Virus record (IMG/VR): IMGVR_UViG_3300049215_000529
Location: 62,001 to 126,000 of that record
Direction: 5' to 3' (one strand)
Length of the DNA stretch: 64,000 nucleotides
Part shown: positions 46,520 through 56,357 of the stretch, in pieces
How the letters are laid out: the number at the start of each line of letters is the position of its first letter
Position numbering within the stretch: the stretch's first letter is position 1
Notes under the pieces: model-generated
Databases searched by the model: none
What the model was told of the DNA's origin: nothing
What the model saw: the letters and a program-made list of their open reading frames with translations, nothing else
Translations under genes and position numbers: made by a program

Positions 46520-47457
46520 AAATCTTGGTCACGGGTGGCACTGGTTTTCTTGGAAAGCACGTAGTACCAAAATTAAAAGAGCAGCATGAGGTTTGGGCAC
46601 CTTCAAGCAAAGAAGTAAATGTACTAGACTTCTACGCACTTAATCATGCTGTAGTGCAGTCTGGTCCAGATGTAATTTTACATATGGCTGCCAAATGTGC
46701 GGGTATCCTTGGTAACCGCATCAATCCAGCTGACTTTTTAAGAGATAATACTCAAATGGGTCTCAATGTTTATGAAGTTGCCCGTATTTTAAAAATAGAG
46801 ACAGTTTATACTTTGGGTTCAGTATGTGCTTATCCAAAATTTTGTCCAGCCCCATTCAAAGAGGAAAACATTTGGAATGGTGCAGCAGAGGAAACAAACT
46901 TCCCATATGGTCAAGCCAAAAGAACGCTAATGATGTTAGGGCAAACTTATCGCCAACAATACGGCATGAAAGGCGCTCACCTTATTCCTGTAAATATGTA
47001 TGGAGAGTATGACACATTCGATCCAACTTACAGTCATGTTATTCCGGCACTTATTCGTAAATTTGAAGAGGCGATCCGCAATGATAGCGGAGTTGTTAAA
47101 TGCTGGGGAACTGGTGAAGCTACCAGAGAATTCTTGTACGCTGGCGACTGCTCTGAAGCCATTTTAAAAGCCGTAAACGACGGACTCGATACCGATTTAC
47201 CAATTAATCTTGGAGTTGGCAAGGATATTTCTATTAAAGATCTGGCTCATTTGGTCGGGCATCTGACTGGATTTCAAGGAGAAATCGTCTTCACGAATGA
47301 GGTGTCAGATGGGCAGCCTAAGAGAATGTTAGATGTTTCCCGCGCTAAAGAAATGCTTGGCTGGGCAGCAAAGACAGACTTTAAAGACGGACTACTTCGT
47401 GTCATTCAATGGTATCGAGATAATAGAGACCGGGTTATTGCGCAGGACGTTTCTTAA
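46516..47457 (+). CDS. fcl: GDP-L-fucose synthase
   Basis: [53 protein letters not shown]. Confidence 0.9.
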   Translation: MKILVTGGTGFLGKHVVPKLKEQHEVWAPSSKEVNVLDFYALNHAVVQSGPDVILHMAAKCAGILGNRINPADFLRDNTQMGLNVYEVARILKIETVYTLGSVCAYPKFCPAPFKEENIWNGAAEETNFPYGQAKRTLMMLGQTYRQQYGMKGAHLIPVNMYGEYDTFDPTYSHVIPALIRKFEEAIRNDSGVVKCWGTGEATREFLYAGDCSEAILKAVNDGLDTDLPINLGVGKDISIKDLAHLVGHLTGFQGEIVFTNEVSDGQPKRMLDVSRAKEMLGWAAKTDFKDGLLRVIQWYRDNRDRVIAQDVS

Positions 47458-47602
47458 TTATTACGACTTCAGGCTCTTTTTTATCAGTAGCATCAGCATT
47501 GGTAAAGCCACACTGATTACACTTTACTTTTTTATTAATGGCACGATCATTGCCAACTATTTCCACTTCGCCACGACAGTATTTGCATCTAAGTAATTTC
47601 AT
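47435..47602 (-). CDS. 55-aa zinc-ribbon protein (not in track)
   Basis: GGAAG upstream; CKYC...CNQCG. Confidence 0.6.
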   Translation of the reverse strand: MKLLRCKYCRGEVEIVGNDRAINKKVKCNQCGFTNADATDKKEPEVVIIKKRPAQ

Positions 47603-47610
47603 ATCTTCCT

Positions 47611-48090
47611 TTATACAAATAACAAAAGTTTTTGTAATCTGGGTTCCATATACTTTTTATCTAAAGATATGCCAGGGTGCTCTTTGATAAAATTCATAAT
47701 TTCTGTTCTACACGTATTAAACATCTTCTCACTAAAATTACGCTGTTTGAAATTAGCCATCATTTTGGAAAATCTAATAATTCTCCTGTAATTTCCCGCC
47801 TCAAAAGTATGATCAACATAAACTAGTTTATTACGGCGTGGCGTAGAGAAAATCTTTACTGTTTCTGATTTATTATTGTGAGTGAATTCTAAATTAAAAT
47901 AAGGGCTCACATACAACATTTTATTCCAAGTTTCGAATTCAAAATCAGTGTAGTTTTGATTAACTGTTTTGGAAGAAAATTCTCCCATCCAATTAACAGT
48001 AGTGTCAGGAAACTTATCTTTCACCGCATTATGTTTGGCTAAATCTAATTCTAGATGTTCTATTCGTTGTTTGATTTTCTCGGTCGGCAT
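47611..48090 (-). CDS. hypothetical protein
   Basis: 159-aa ORF. Confidence 0.65.
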   Translation of the reverse strand: MPTEKIKQRIEHLELDLAKHNAVKDKFPDTTVNWMGEFSSKTVNQNYTDFEFETWNKMLYVSPYFNLEFTHNNKSETVKIFSTPRRNKLVYVDHTFEAGNYRRIIRFSKMMANFKQRNFSEKMFNTCRTEIMNFIKEHPGISLDKKYMEPRLQKLLLFV

Positions 48091-48099
48091 AATTCGCTC

Positions 48100-48270
48100 T
48101 TAATAATGAACAACATTAAAGGCTTTATCAGTAGCATACTGAACTGCAGTTAGAACTACTGCTGCCACAATTCCGATTATCCAGCTTCCAGATAAGCCCC
48201 AACCAAATACTACCCACATAGCAAATAATGCTGCTTCGCTAATAAACCATATTGCTTTTCTTTTATTCAT
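48100..48270 (-). CDS. small two-TM membrane protein
   Basis: GAGGA upstream of MNKRK; two hydrophobic stretches. Confidence 0.6.
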   Translation of the reverse strand: MNKRKAIWFISEAALFAMWVVFGWGLSGSWIIGIVAAVVLTAVQYATDKAFNVVHY

Positions 48271-48271
48271 A

Positions 48272-48787
48272 TCATTCCTCATGATCAAACGAAACAATGG
48301 TAAATCTATCGCCCAAGATTGGAGCAATAACTGGCTTCACTTCCGCCCAAGTCAATCCCCCGATCCCTACGCCAGGTCTCGGCAGGATTATTTGCTTAAG
48401 ATCAAATTGTTCGGCGTAGTCCGCCATAATCGTTGCAGATTGTTTAATTAATTGAATATTGGATTCCTTTCCCAAATTATTAATAGTTGGGAAGCTAAAG
48501 ATTAAACACTTATATTTATGATCCTTAATCATCTTTGGTGTCATATCTAAATGATTTCCTTGAGCATCAACAGCGCCAATAACAAAAGGAATGTTATTAT
48601 GATACTGCTTAAGTAGCTTTCCTAATCTTTTAGGAACTTCTGGCCAACGTCTTGCAGCTACACCAGCACATCCACCACCCATGCAAGCTAATCCGCCAAC
48701 AGTATAGTTTCCATTGGTAGTGACACAAATAGCATCTACACCATCATCAGCGATACACTCGAAAAGATCTTTCTTAATTTCTTTCAT
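48272..48787 (-). CDS. macro domain protein
   Basis: DAICVTTNG, MGGGCA, FPT, LPRPGVGIGGLTW. Confidence 0.8.
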   Translation of the reverse strand: MKEIKKDLFECIADDGVDAICVTTNGNYTVGGLACMGGGCAGVAARRWPEVPKRLGKLLKQYHNNIPFVIGAVDAQGNHLDMTPKMIKDHKYKCLIFSFPTINNLGKESNIQLIKQSATIMADYAEQFDLKQIILPRPGVGIGGLTWAEVKPVIAPILGDRFTIVSFDHEE

Positions 48788-49137
48788 TTGATTATCTCAA
48801 AATCTGCTACCACACCCTTAGCATACTCTCTTAGAGTTGGTGAAGGATCATTGGTAGCCAATGCCTTTAATCTATCCAATATATCTTGAGGCGGCTTTCT
48901 ATCCAAATAAAAAGTAGAAACTCCAATAGCAGCACCTTCTCTAACAATGGCGTTCACATGTTTGAGAAGCTGTCTAAATACAGGGACGACCAACATTTCA
49001 TCAGTTACTTCGCCTCCTAAAATTTCAGCCCCAGAAGCCAACAATCTCATGTCGGCATTGGGGCTGGTTAAAATTCGTACTAACTCTTTAGGATTTGCTT
49101 TTGCTAGACTGATTAGTTGGGCGTCTGAATATTTCAT
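48784..49137 (-). CDS. HEAT-repeat-like protein
   Basis: LLKHVNAIVREGAA, NDPSPTLRE. Confidence 0.65.
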   Translation of the reverse strand: MKYSDAQLISLAKANPKELVRILTSPNADMRLLASGAEILGGEVTDEMLVVPVFRQLLKHVNAIVREGAAIGVSTFYLDRKPPQDILDRLKALATNDPSPTLREYAKGVVADFEIIK

Positions 49138-49859
49138 TTTATTTCGAAGTCTGACTTGTAGTATGTCCGCTTTGCTTGAACCTGAACAATTTCCTTAGTC
49201 TCTAAGATTAAGGCTGTTAGCCTGCCGCCAAAGCAGCCGCCAGTATCCAAACCATAACACATCACACCCGGTACCACCTCTTCAATAAGCGGATCTTCAT
49301 ATGAATGTACGTTGTGCCCATACACTACTGATTCTGGACCATCCCAGAACTCAGTCCAAAAGTGCGCGCCCGTTGCTTCTATTCCAAGCTTGCTAATTTT
49401 CTTCAAGCTAATAAATTTGTTATCATGATCCATGTACCTAATGTAGTACAGATCATCTTTCTTTTGATCTTGTAATTTGATGCCTGCTCTTAGTCCAGCA
49501 TGAACCACAATAGTATTAAATTCTTCCAATACAATGTAAGAAGACATACGAGCAATATAATTCACATCCTCATCTGAGAATTGTGTGTAGTGAGGGTGTC
49601 GATCATAAACTGCGTTCTGAGAGCCAAAGCTTTTGTACCACTTCATGAAGTTGTATTCATGGTTGCCCATAACACATTCCAAATTCATTTCTCTAGCACG
49701 TTTAACCATGCCAACAGAATCAGGACCACGATCAATCAAGTCACCTAACAAAATGAGCCTATCTGACTCTTTGTCATAGTTAAGCTTCTTAATTAGCTCA
49801 TCAAACTCATCCACACAGCCGTGGATGTCTCCAACTATAATAGTTCTCTTAATTCCCAT
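49134..49859 (-). CDS. calcineurin-like metallophosphoesterase (ApaH/PrpE-like)
   Basis: GDIHG, GDLIDRG, GNHE, VHAG, YGH, LDTG. Confidence 0.92.
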   Translation of the reverse strand: MGIKRTIIVGDIHGCVDEFDELIKKLNYDKESDRLILLGDLIDRGPDSVGMVKRAREMNLECVMGNHEYNFMKWYKSFGSQNAVYDRHPHYTQFSDEDVNYIARMSSYIVLEEFNTIVVHAGLRAGIKLQDQKKDDLYYIRYMDHDNKFISLKKISKLGIEATGAHFWTEFWDGPESVVYGHNVHSYEDPLIEEVVPGVMCYGLDTGGCFGGRLTALILETKEIVQVQAKRTYYKSDFEIK

Positions 49860-50103
49860 TCCTCTTTAATTCTTCTTTCTTTGATGGGTCAGGATCATCG
49901 AACACAATTTTGGTTCTACCCTCATGTCCATGAATAAATTGAACGTCTGCGAGACTGTTGTATAGGTTGGTGCTTGAATGCGCTCCAAACCATTCCAAGG
50001 CAACTTTGCCATCGGAGAATACACAACCCTCAGCAACAACTCCACAACCACTTACTCCAGACGCATCTTCCAGTCTTTCAAAATGAAATCTACGCATTCC
50101 CAT
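49849..50103 (-). CDS. hypothetical protein
   Basis: 84 aa, overlaps neighbour start. Confidence 0.65.
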   Translation of the reverse strand: MGMRRFHFERLEDASGVSGCGVVAEGCVFSDGKVALEWFGAHSSTNLYNSLADVQFIHGHEGRTKIVFDDPDPSKKEELKRNGN

Positions 50104-50172
50104 TTTATTATCCTTGTTCCCCCTCGCCTCAATATCTCAATATTCACATAATAAGCACGAGGCGTCCGGTAG

Positions 50173-50847
50173 TCAAGATGGCTTGAGTTTATTCTTAATG
50201 ATTTCCTGGTCTTTCCAATGATCTGAAGTTTGTACATGATTAGCTCTAACACACTTCATAACCGATTTGGAGAAATCCTCATCACTAAAATGACTTGCGA
50301 CCCTGACCACTACGCCCTCCCTTATACCACCGCATAAGGAAGGTTGAATCATAAAAGATTCGACTAATTCTTTCAATTCCTTTTCCGAATGGACTATTCC
50401 TTTGAATAAGACTGGGACGGTAGGAACACCAAGCTCCTCTGCCCAAAGCTCAACTTCTTCCCAGCTTTGCCATAGAGGCTTTTCCTCATCATATGGTTCC
50501 AAATCACGCACATTAAACAAAAGGAAATAGCCAGGAAGCTCTTGATAAGCAATAGAGTGTAAAGCAAAGCACCATTCCCCAAACAGTTGTATACCTTCAG
50601 GAATGCTGTATTTAAGAGAAGCATGAAGCGCCTTCAATCCATCAAAAGAGGTGTGGCTAGGAGGTCCTGAGTGAGTTCTGGCAAAACAGCCACCAGATTC
50701 TAGGGAAGTGTTGCTGCCATCTATTTTCTCGGTAATTACAATTTGTACATTGAGAAGGCTGTCTACAGACGCAGCTATTTTGTCATCGTTGGTACACCCA
50801 GGTGACCACGGAAAATGCGGCGTTCGATTATATTTTGGAGAATCCAT
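50173..50847 (-). CDS. ATP-dependent RNA ligase family protein
   Basis: KYNRTPHFPWSPG, TEKIDGSN, FGEW, REGVVVR. Confidence 0.85.
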   Translation of the reverse strand: MDSPKYNRTPHFPWSPGCTNDDKIAASVDSLLNVQIVITEKIDGSNTSLESGGCFARTHSGPPSHTSFDGLKALHASLKYSIPEGIQLFGEWCFALHSIAYQELPGYFLLFNVRDLEPYDEEKPLWQSWEEVELWAEELGVPTVPVLFKGIVHSEKELKELVESFMIQPSLCGGIREGVVVRVASHFSDEDFSKSVMKCVRANHVQTSDHWKDQEIIKNKLKPS

Positions 50848-50895
50848 GATTCATTCCTTACTGCCAATAATAGCGGATATAGTATACAGGATAGC

Positions 50896-51495
50896 ATGAA
50901 AATTCAAAATCTTCTTCTAATTTTCACCCATATTGTAAGTATTTTAAGTCTAGGTATACTTTTTAATTTCGTAGTAGAAATTTACGATCCAACCTATCCT
51001 AATGTGGTTCATAAGACTTTATACATAGAAAGAAATTTTAATCAAGATGAAGTGGCTATGATTACTAATGCAGCAATCGCATGGACTCAAGCAACTCATC
51101 ATATTGCTGAAATTAATGTTGTTACTTTGCCTACATCTGAAAAGATGGATTTAATAAATGGCATTGTAGTGCTTAAAGAAACCTCTGACTTTCCAGAAAT
51201 TATCGTTTTAGACGGCGCCAATGAGAATTCTACAGTTGGGTATTGCAACAAACACGGAGTTATCCCATACATCGCATTAGTGTCTGACAGATTAAAGGAT
51301 GACGACGATGAATTTCAAACGGTAATTATACATGAACTGGGGCATGCACTCGGTCTACAGCACACCCACGGAATAGCTGGTATGAATTCAGTTATGTATC
51401 CAAATGTACTGGTGAGTGCCGACCACATTACTTCGTTAGATTTGGAACAGTTTTGCTCATTATATCATTGCGACGCTAACAAGTTAAAGAACTAA
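50896..51495 (+). CDS. matrixin-like (metzincin) metalloprotease with N-terminal TM/signal
   Basis: HELGHALGLQH and SVMYP Met-turn. Confidence 0.85.
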   Translation: MKIQNLLLIFTHIVSILSLGILFNFVVEIYDPTYPNVVHKTLYIERNFNQDEVAMITNAAIAWTQATHHIAEINVVTLPTSEKMDLINGIVVLKETSDFPEIIVLDGANENSTVGYCNKHGVIPYIALVSDRLKDDDDEFQTVIIHELGHALGLQHTHGIAGMNSVMYPNVLVSADHITSLDLEQFCSLYHCDANKLKN

Positions 51496-52197
51496 AAAGA
51501 ACTTCTTCATCTTAGAACGCCTAACATATTTTGCAAATTTTTTGATCTCATTTATATTATCAGAATCCAAAACTACTTGCTCTATTTTTTCTACATTAGC
51601 TAGCTTGATCTTTTCAGCAAATAACTTCATGTAAGTGAATGAACCTGATTCAATAATAAGATTTTCTATCTGTTCAATATCTTTTGGATTAGTCAAATGC
51701 TTGGCGAGTTCAAATAAATATCTTGGTTTCTTGGACGAGATTATAATATCTTTAAATTTGTTGACGCTAGATCCCCTAACATGCTTTAGAAACATGTGAG
51801 CATATTTGACATTCTTAGATTTAAGAATGATAGATTCGAGTGGTTTACGATCCGCATTCTTCACAAAACAAGCAAATCTACAAATATACTTTGTCTTTTT
51901 AGACTCAACTACAACATGCCGCAATGCTTTGACATCACAATTGCGAATGTTTTGGGCAAACAATAGAGCATACTTGGCATTCTTATTATCTAAGATTACT
52001 TTCTGCATTCGATGAGGTTTGAAGCCATATTCAAATGCAAAAAAATAAGCCAGGGCTGAATCATTGTTTCTTATGATTTCTTCTTGAACCTTGTCCAATA
52101 CTTCATCTAAATTGTTATGGGCAGTAATCTTTTCACATTTCTGCGCCCATCTTAAAGAATCAGCACTATAGTCCCTTTCAAATAAGTATTTACTCAT
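51484..52197 (-). CDS. helical-repeat hypothetical protein
   Basis: repeated Y(A/I)xxFA units; CTGATATATA 7 nt upstream. Confidence 0.7.
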   Translation of the reverse strand: MSKYLFERDYSADSLRWAQKCEKITAHNNLDEVLDKVQEEIIRNNDSALAYFFAFEYGFKPHRMQKVILDNKNAKYALLFAQNIRNCDVKALRHVVVESKKTKYICRFACFVKNADRKPLESIILKSKNVKYAHMFLKHVRGSSVNKFKDIIISSKKPRYLFELAKHLTNPKDIEQIENLIIESGSFTYMKLFAEKIKLANVEKIEQVVLDSDNINEIKKFAKYVRRSKMKKFFLVL

Positions 52198-52220
52198 ACC
52201 TATTTATATATCAGGGGCTA

Positions 52221-52772
52221 TTATTCTAATCCAATCCAGTCTTTCATAAAGAGTAAGCCAGCTTTATGATTAGATTGATAAAAATGTCCGCCTTTCAAAT
52301 GATAAGACATTCCTTTAAAATGTTGGTTTAAACAGTGTGAGTGGTCTTTAGGTGGAACGATAAAATCATACTTGCCCTCAAAAGTTAGGGCTTTGTGGGG
52401 ACCAATAAGGTTAGGATTGGGCGTTTTACGTGGAGGATAATGTCGCTTTGTCGCGTTGAAAATAGGATAGTCGGTAGTGTCACCTAGTGGTGTCCAAAAG
52501 ACTAGCTTACTAATATTTGCATTGGGGCTGCAAGCTAGATTAGCTGCCCACCAGGCACCAAGCGAGTGCCCCGCCAGAATAGCATCTGGAAACAAATTAA
52601 CTAAATGACAAAGCTTATCTAACTCCCTATCAACCATAGAGTCAGACAATGGAGTTTTGCTAGGAAGATAAATACGACGATAATATTTCCACAGAGAATC
52701 GTTCCACACAAACCTGCTTTTGGCAAGCCATTTGGGAACCATAAATCCTGATATGAAAATAATTGTACGCAT
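52221..52772 (-). CDS. alpha/beta hydrolase
   Basis: GHSLG, YDFIVP, GGHF. Confidence 0.8.
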   Translation of the reverse strand: MRTIIFISGFMVPKWLAKSRFVWNDSLWKYYRRIYLPSKTPLSDSMVDRELDKLCHLVNLFPDAILAGHSLGAWWAANLACSPNANISKLVFWTPLGDTTDYPIFNATKRHYPPRKTPNPNLIGPHKALTFEGKYDFIVPPKDHSHCLNQHFKGMSYHLKGGHFYQSNHKAGLLFMKDWIGLE

Positions 52773-52841
52773 GGTTTAAATCAAAATGCTCAGTTCATTT
52801 TAGTCTCGTACTTTATTGTAGGCATAATCTGATATGAAATT

Positions 52842-53630
52842 ATGCCCTATTTTATCTATGTTCTGCAAAATAAACTCGATAATAAATTGTATGTTGGTTA
52901 TACGTCCAATTCAAAGAGAAGGCGTAGAGAGCACTTCAAATTTGGATATAGACCGATGCTAAACAAACATCTTTACAACGCTATGAAGAAGTGTGGTTCC
53001 GACAATTTTATTTTCACAATTTTAGAAGAATTTGATAATTCTTTAGATGCTTTCGAGGCAGAAGTTTTTTGGATTGAATATTTTCGCTCTTGGGATCACG
53101 ATTTTGGTTATAACGATAGTCGAGGCGGTGAAAGCGGCAGTAAAGGAAGAAAACATAGCCCAGAAACTAAAAAGCGTTATAGTGAGGAACGCAAAGGAAG
53201 CCTCAACAAATTTGCCTCTCTTAACGAAGAGATAGTCTTATCAATCAGACAAAACTATTCTATAACTGATGATCCACTATTTGTTATTAGGACTGCTGAA
53301 CAGTATCGAGTATCTCAAGCCTGTATCTACCAGGTTTTACAAGGTAGAAGCTGGAAGCACGTCCCAATGGTCGAACGAACCAAACCCATAATTAGGCAAC
53401 AAATTAGTAAAGAAAATATAAGTAAAAGTAAGAAAGGACATACCACTAGCATTGGTTCTAAAAATTCAAGGGCGCAGTTTACAGAGGATCAAGTAAGAGA
53501 AATGAGAGAGCTATTTGCTATGAGTAATAAATCGGTAGAAACCAAGAAAAAATTGGCACTACAATTCAATATCACTTACAAAAATCTCTCTCAAATACTC
53601 TCTGGTCGCAGATGGAAACACGTCAAATAA
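52842..53630 (+). CDS. GIY-YIG homing endonuclease with NUMOD-like repeats
   Basis: FIY..YVG..RRREH, EVFWIE, GYN, KHSPETKKR. Confidence 0.88.
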   Translation: MPYFIYVLQNKLDNKLYVGYTSNSKRRRREHFKFGYRPMLNKHLYNAMKKCGSDNFIFTILEEFDNSLDAFEAEVFWIEYFRSWDHDFGYNDSRGGESGSKGRKHSPETKKRYSEERKGSLNKFASLNEEIVLSIRQNYSITDDPLFVIRTAEQYRVSQACIYQVLQGRSWKHVPMVERTKPIIRQQISKENISKSKKGHTTSIGSKNSRAQFTEDQVREMRELFAMSNKSVETKKKLALQFNITYKNLSQILSGRRWKHVK

Positions 53631-54852
53631 CTGATAAAATCTTATCAAGAAAACTATTTGACCACGTTCCGTCTTTACGATTTTTCTCAATGAAGTTTTT
53701 TATCGAACCTGCTTTATCATCATAAATAGCAAACAGTGCCGATGGTAAAGCTGGCTGATATTTTTGCACCGTCAAAGCAAACGTCTTCTTGTCGGGCGCA
53801 ATGGATTTTGCTTCATTTGAGATCACTTGGACTAAATCTTCTTGGGTTTTCAGCCATATCACAAATTTCTCTTTCAAAGAAACAAGATTTGCTTGTATTT
53901 CTTGTGGCAAAAAAGATGCTGCATCATCATCTTTACCCAACAAGATAAGCTCCAAACAATTTCGGGGAGAAGTAGCTAAAGACTCCCTATTTTTGGACGC
54001 TGCAACGTAGGCTGCGTTCTTGACCTTAATTCGGTTGAACTTCGAGTCTCGAACCACTACACCTTCGTGCTCCATTGGATTCAATGAAGAAACCCAATCA
54101 ACAAGTTCGTTCACAGACGTGTACGTATGTGCCTGAACAACTGGAACTCCAATAACGGACACCAGTCCAAGACCTGCCGGATTTTCTTCTTGCATAGTCT
54201 TCATATTGCGAGCAGCCAACAAAGTTATTCTGTTGTTTGGGTAAGCGACCACGATACGATTGTATAGGGTAGTTAACTCAAAGCAATAAGTATATGACTT
54301 GTCCAAATAAGAAGAAAGATCGTTGAAGGTAAACTTGCAAGTCTCTTCTAATGCCTTCTCGAACAAAGTTCGGAAAGTGAACAGTCCGTTATCCATTATC
54401 AAGTCAGCTTCTGGCACTGAACGAGTAGCTACGCACCACCCATTCACACCCGTAGGGTCCTTGAATGGATCCCAATAGACGATGCATAAGGTTCCATCTA
54501 ACTTTTCCAAAACAGCCAACTTTGGATCAGACCAATCGATATTAGCTGCGGAACCTTGACCATGATTGAAGAAGCGCTTCATTGGATAAGCAAGAACAGT
54601 GGTCTTGCCTGGGATCATGTTATCTCTGATGATTTTTCCATCTTTCATTTCGCCAAAAACTGGGCGTCCATCTTCACAAGATAAGACTAATCCACGGCAT
54701 TCTTGTGCTAATGGATCAGATTCCTTAGCTTCAATCTGATCATAGTTCAAAGAAAACTTGTGTCCAGACTTGGAAAAGGACGCATAAACGCCGTGCTCTT
54801 TTACTAAATCACCAAACGTCTTGTTTTCTAAAAACTTTTGCACCAACAACAT
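53623..54852 (-). CDS. T4 Rnl1-like RNA ligase
   Basis: ECRGLV, KRFFN, LEKLDGTL, CFEL, EGVVVRD, RIKVKN. Confidence 0.85.
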   Translation of the reverse strand: MLLVQKFLENKTFGDLVKEHGVYASFSKSGHKFSLNYDQIEAKESDPLAQECRGLVLSCEDGRPVFGEMKDGKIIRDNMIPGKTTVLAYPMKRFFNHGQGSAANIDWSDPKLAVLEKLDGTLCIVYWDPFKDPTGVNGWCVATRSVPEADLIMDNGLFTFRTLFEKALEETCKFTFNDLSSYLDKSYTYCFELTTLYNRIVVAYPNNRITLLAARNMKTMQEENPAGLGLVSVIGVPVVQAHTYTSVNELVDWVSSLNPMEHEGVVVRDSKFNRIKVKNAAYVAASKNRESLATSPRNCLELILLGKDDDAASFLPQEIQANLVSLKEKFVIWLKTQEDLVQVISNEAKSIAPDKKTFALTVQKYQPALPSALFAIYDDKAGSIKNFIEKNRKDGTWSNSFLDKILSVI

Positions 54853-54862
54853 AACACACCTA

Positions 54863-55303
54863 TTACTTAAATCTTAAACCTGGGTCAATATGAAATGAAG
54901 GAGTATTCTTCAGATATTGTTCACGAGCTTCGGCTCCTTCTTTCAAAGCTTGGTCGATTGCCGCATCAGACATCGAATCCATTTTCTTAACTCTACCGAA
55001 CTCTTCATCAGTAATGCTTATGAGCATCCAATTCTTACCGTATTTGGCTTTCATGTAAGCAGTGAAGTGCTCATCTGTCATAGCGTCTAGTTCGTTCTTC
55101 AAAAGAACTCTAGCCAAAAGTGTATCAGAAATGAGATCTCCAATTATCTTACCTAGATTAGCGCCAAGTGTACGAAGCTCGTTCTCTGACATACTTTTTA
55201 CAGCCTCCTGCATAAAAGTGACAGCTAAACCAAAATTAAAATCTTCAACAAGTTTTTTACCTTCTTCTGACAAAAAACCATTATCCGTAAAATACTTATT
55301 CAT
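54863..55303 (-). CDS. hypothetical protein
   Basis: 146-aa ORF. Confidence 0.65.
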   Translation of the reverse strand: MNKYFTDNGFLSEEGKKLVEDFNFGLAVTFMQEAVKSMSENELRTLGANLGKIIGDLISDTLLARVLLKNELDAMTDEHFTAYMKAKYGKNWMLISITDEEFGRVKKMDSMSDAAIDQALKEGAEAREQYLKNTPSFHIDPGLRFK

Positions 55304-55304
55304 G

Positions 55305-55544
55305 TTATTCCCTTGTGTGAGCCAATGCCAACAGCACTACAACCGTTGGAATAATAGACGCCCAACTAAATGATTGTCCTGAAAATGTTAAAGGGCAATG
55401 ATGCAACATGGGAACAGAACTGAGAAACCAGTACATCCCCAACCAACCAAAGACACCTAATGTTAACTTCCAAAGCGCTCCCTTAATCAAAAGCACCCAT
55501 AGAAGATATATCGCGATTAATAAGCAAACGCCAAATACCATCAT
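55305..55544 (-). CDS. small membrane protein
   Basis: three hydrophobic segments in 79 aa. Confidence 0.65.
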   Translation of the reverse strand: MMVFGVCLLIAIYLLWVLLIKGALWKLTLGVFGWLGMYWFLSSVPMLHHCPLTFSGQSFSWASIIPTVVVLLALAHTRE

Positions 55545-55545
55545 G

Positions 55546-56301
55546 TTAATATTTCGCTTCCTCCAAATTGTTATAGACAGGAACCCTATCTATTAAATGA
55601 CTACCTGAATTCAAAATCTTCTGAAGAAAATCATACCTAACATATTTGTATCTATTAAGTACTTGAAAATCATCTTCATGTTTAATGTATAAACCTTCCA
55701 TCATTCCAGACTCATCAGTCTCCGATAATACCTTGATGAAAGGAAACCCATACATATTACACTTATCTTGCAACTTGTTTTGCCAAAATGCTGACTGATA
55801 CTTAGACCGTCCAACCAAGCCCGTGATTTGCCACATAGCGGATGGCTTAAAGGCAGATATTACTGGAACTCGTTGAATATACTTGTGTTTGGACAGCAAG
55901 CTATTACGAGCGCTGGTAGATAACCAAATTCCCTTATCTTTATCATAGACGTCTGACTCTAGGAAGTATGCCGGAAGCTTATCATAGAAAATGGTATGTT
56001 TATGGTACATCCATTCACCAAATAGCACATAACGCTCGCCCAATAGGTCTAATAGGTCTTCCCAATGGTTTTCTGCCCATTCGTGGAGTAATCGGTACTC
56101 CTTGCCGGTGGCGGGGCTGCCACGATGGTCAATCTGGAGGTCCCAGTGGGTGTCTAGGCTGATGGAGACACCGCTGCCATCTACCTTCTCCTCGATAACC
56201 AGGAACTCCCCACACAATTTACTAAATTGTATTGCGTCGGGATCGGTCTGTCCCTCGGCGAGACGGGATCCTTCAATGTGTAGAGTTCTGGGCAGTTTCA
56301 T
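55546..56301 (-). CDS. ATP-dependent RNA ligase family protein (second type)
   Basis: KLPRTLHIEGSR, EEKVDGS, FGEWM, EGLYIK. Confidence 0.85.
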   Translation of the reverse strand: MKLPRTLHIEGSRLAEGQTDPDAIQFSKLCGEFLVIEEKVDGSGVSISLDTHWDLQIDHRGSPATGKEYRLLHEWAENHWEDLLDLLGERYVLFGEWMYHKHTIFYDKLPAYFLESDVYDKDKGIWLSTSARNSLLSKHKYIQRVPVISAFKPSAMWQITGLVGRSKYQSAFWQNKLQDKCNMYGFPFIKVLSETDESGMMEGLYIKHEDDFQVLNRYKYVRYDFLQKILNSGSHLIDRVPVYNNLEEAKY

Positions 56302-56312
56302 GGTACACCTGT

Positions 56313-56340
56313 AGCATAATCATTGGAAATTGGGTGTCAA
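56313..56340 (-). promoter_or_regulatory. sigma70-like promoter TTGACA-N16-TATGCT
   Basis: 12 nt upstream of ligase ATG; CTTGACACCCAATTT shared with 59115-59129. Confidence 0.6.
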
Positions 56341-56357
56341 GCCGTTAATTTTATAAT

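Noticed and set aside
2470-52830. Second upstream motif of the form AATA-N(4-6)-GCATA (e.g. 2470, 20826, 31131, 52815)
   Set aside because: Too degenerate in AT-rich DNA to support by eye; needs a MEME test.
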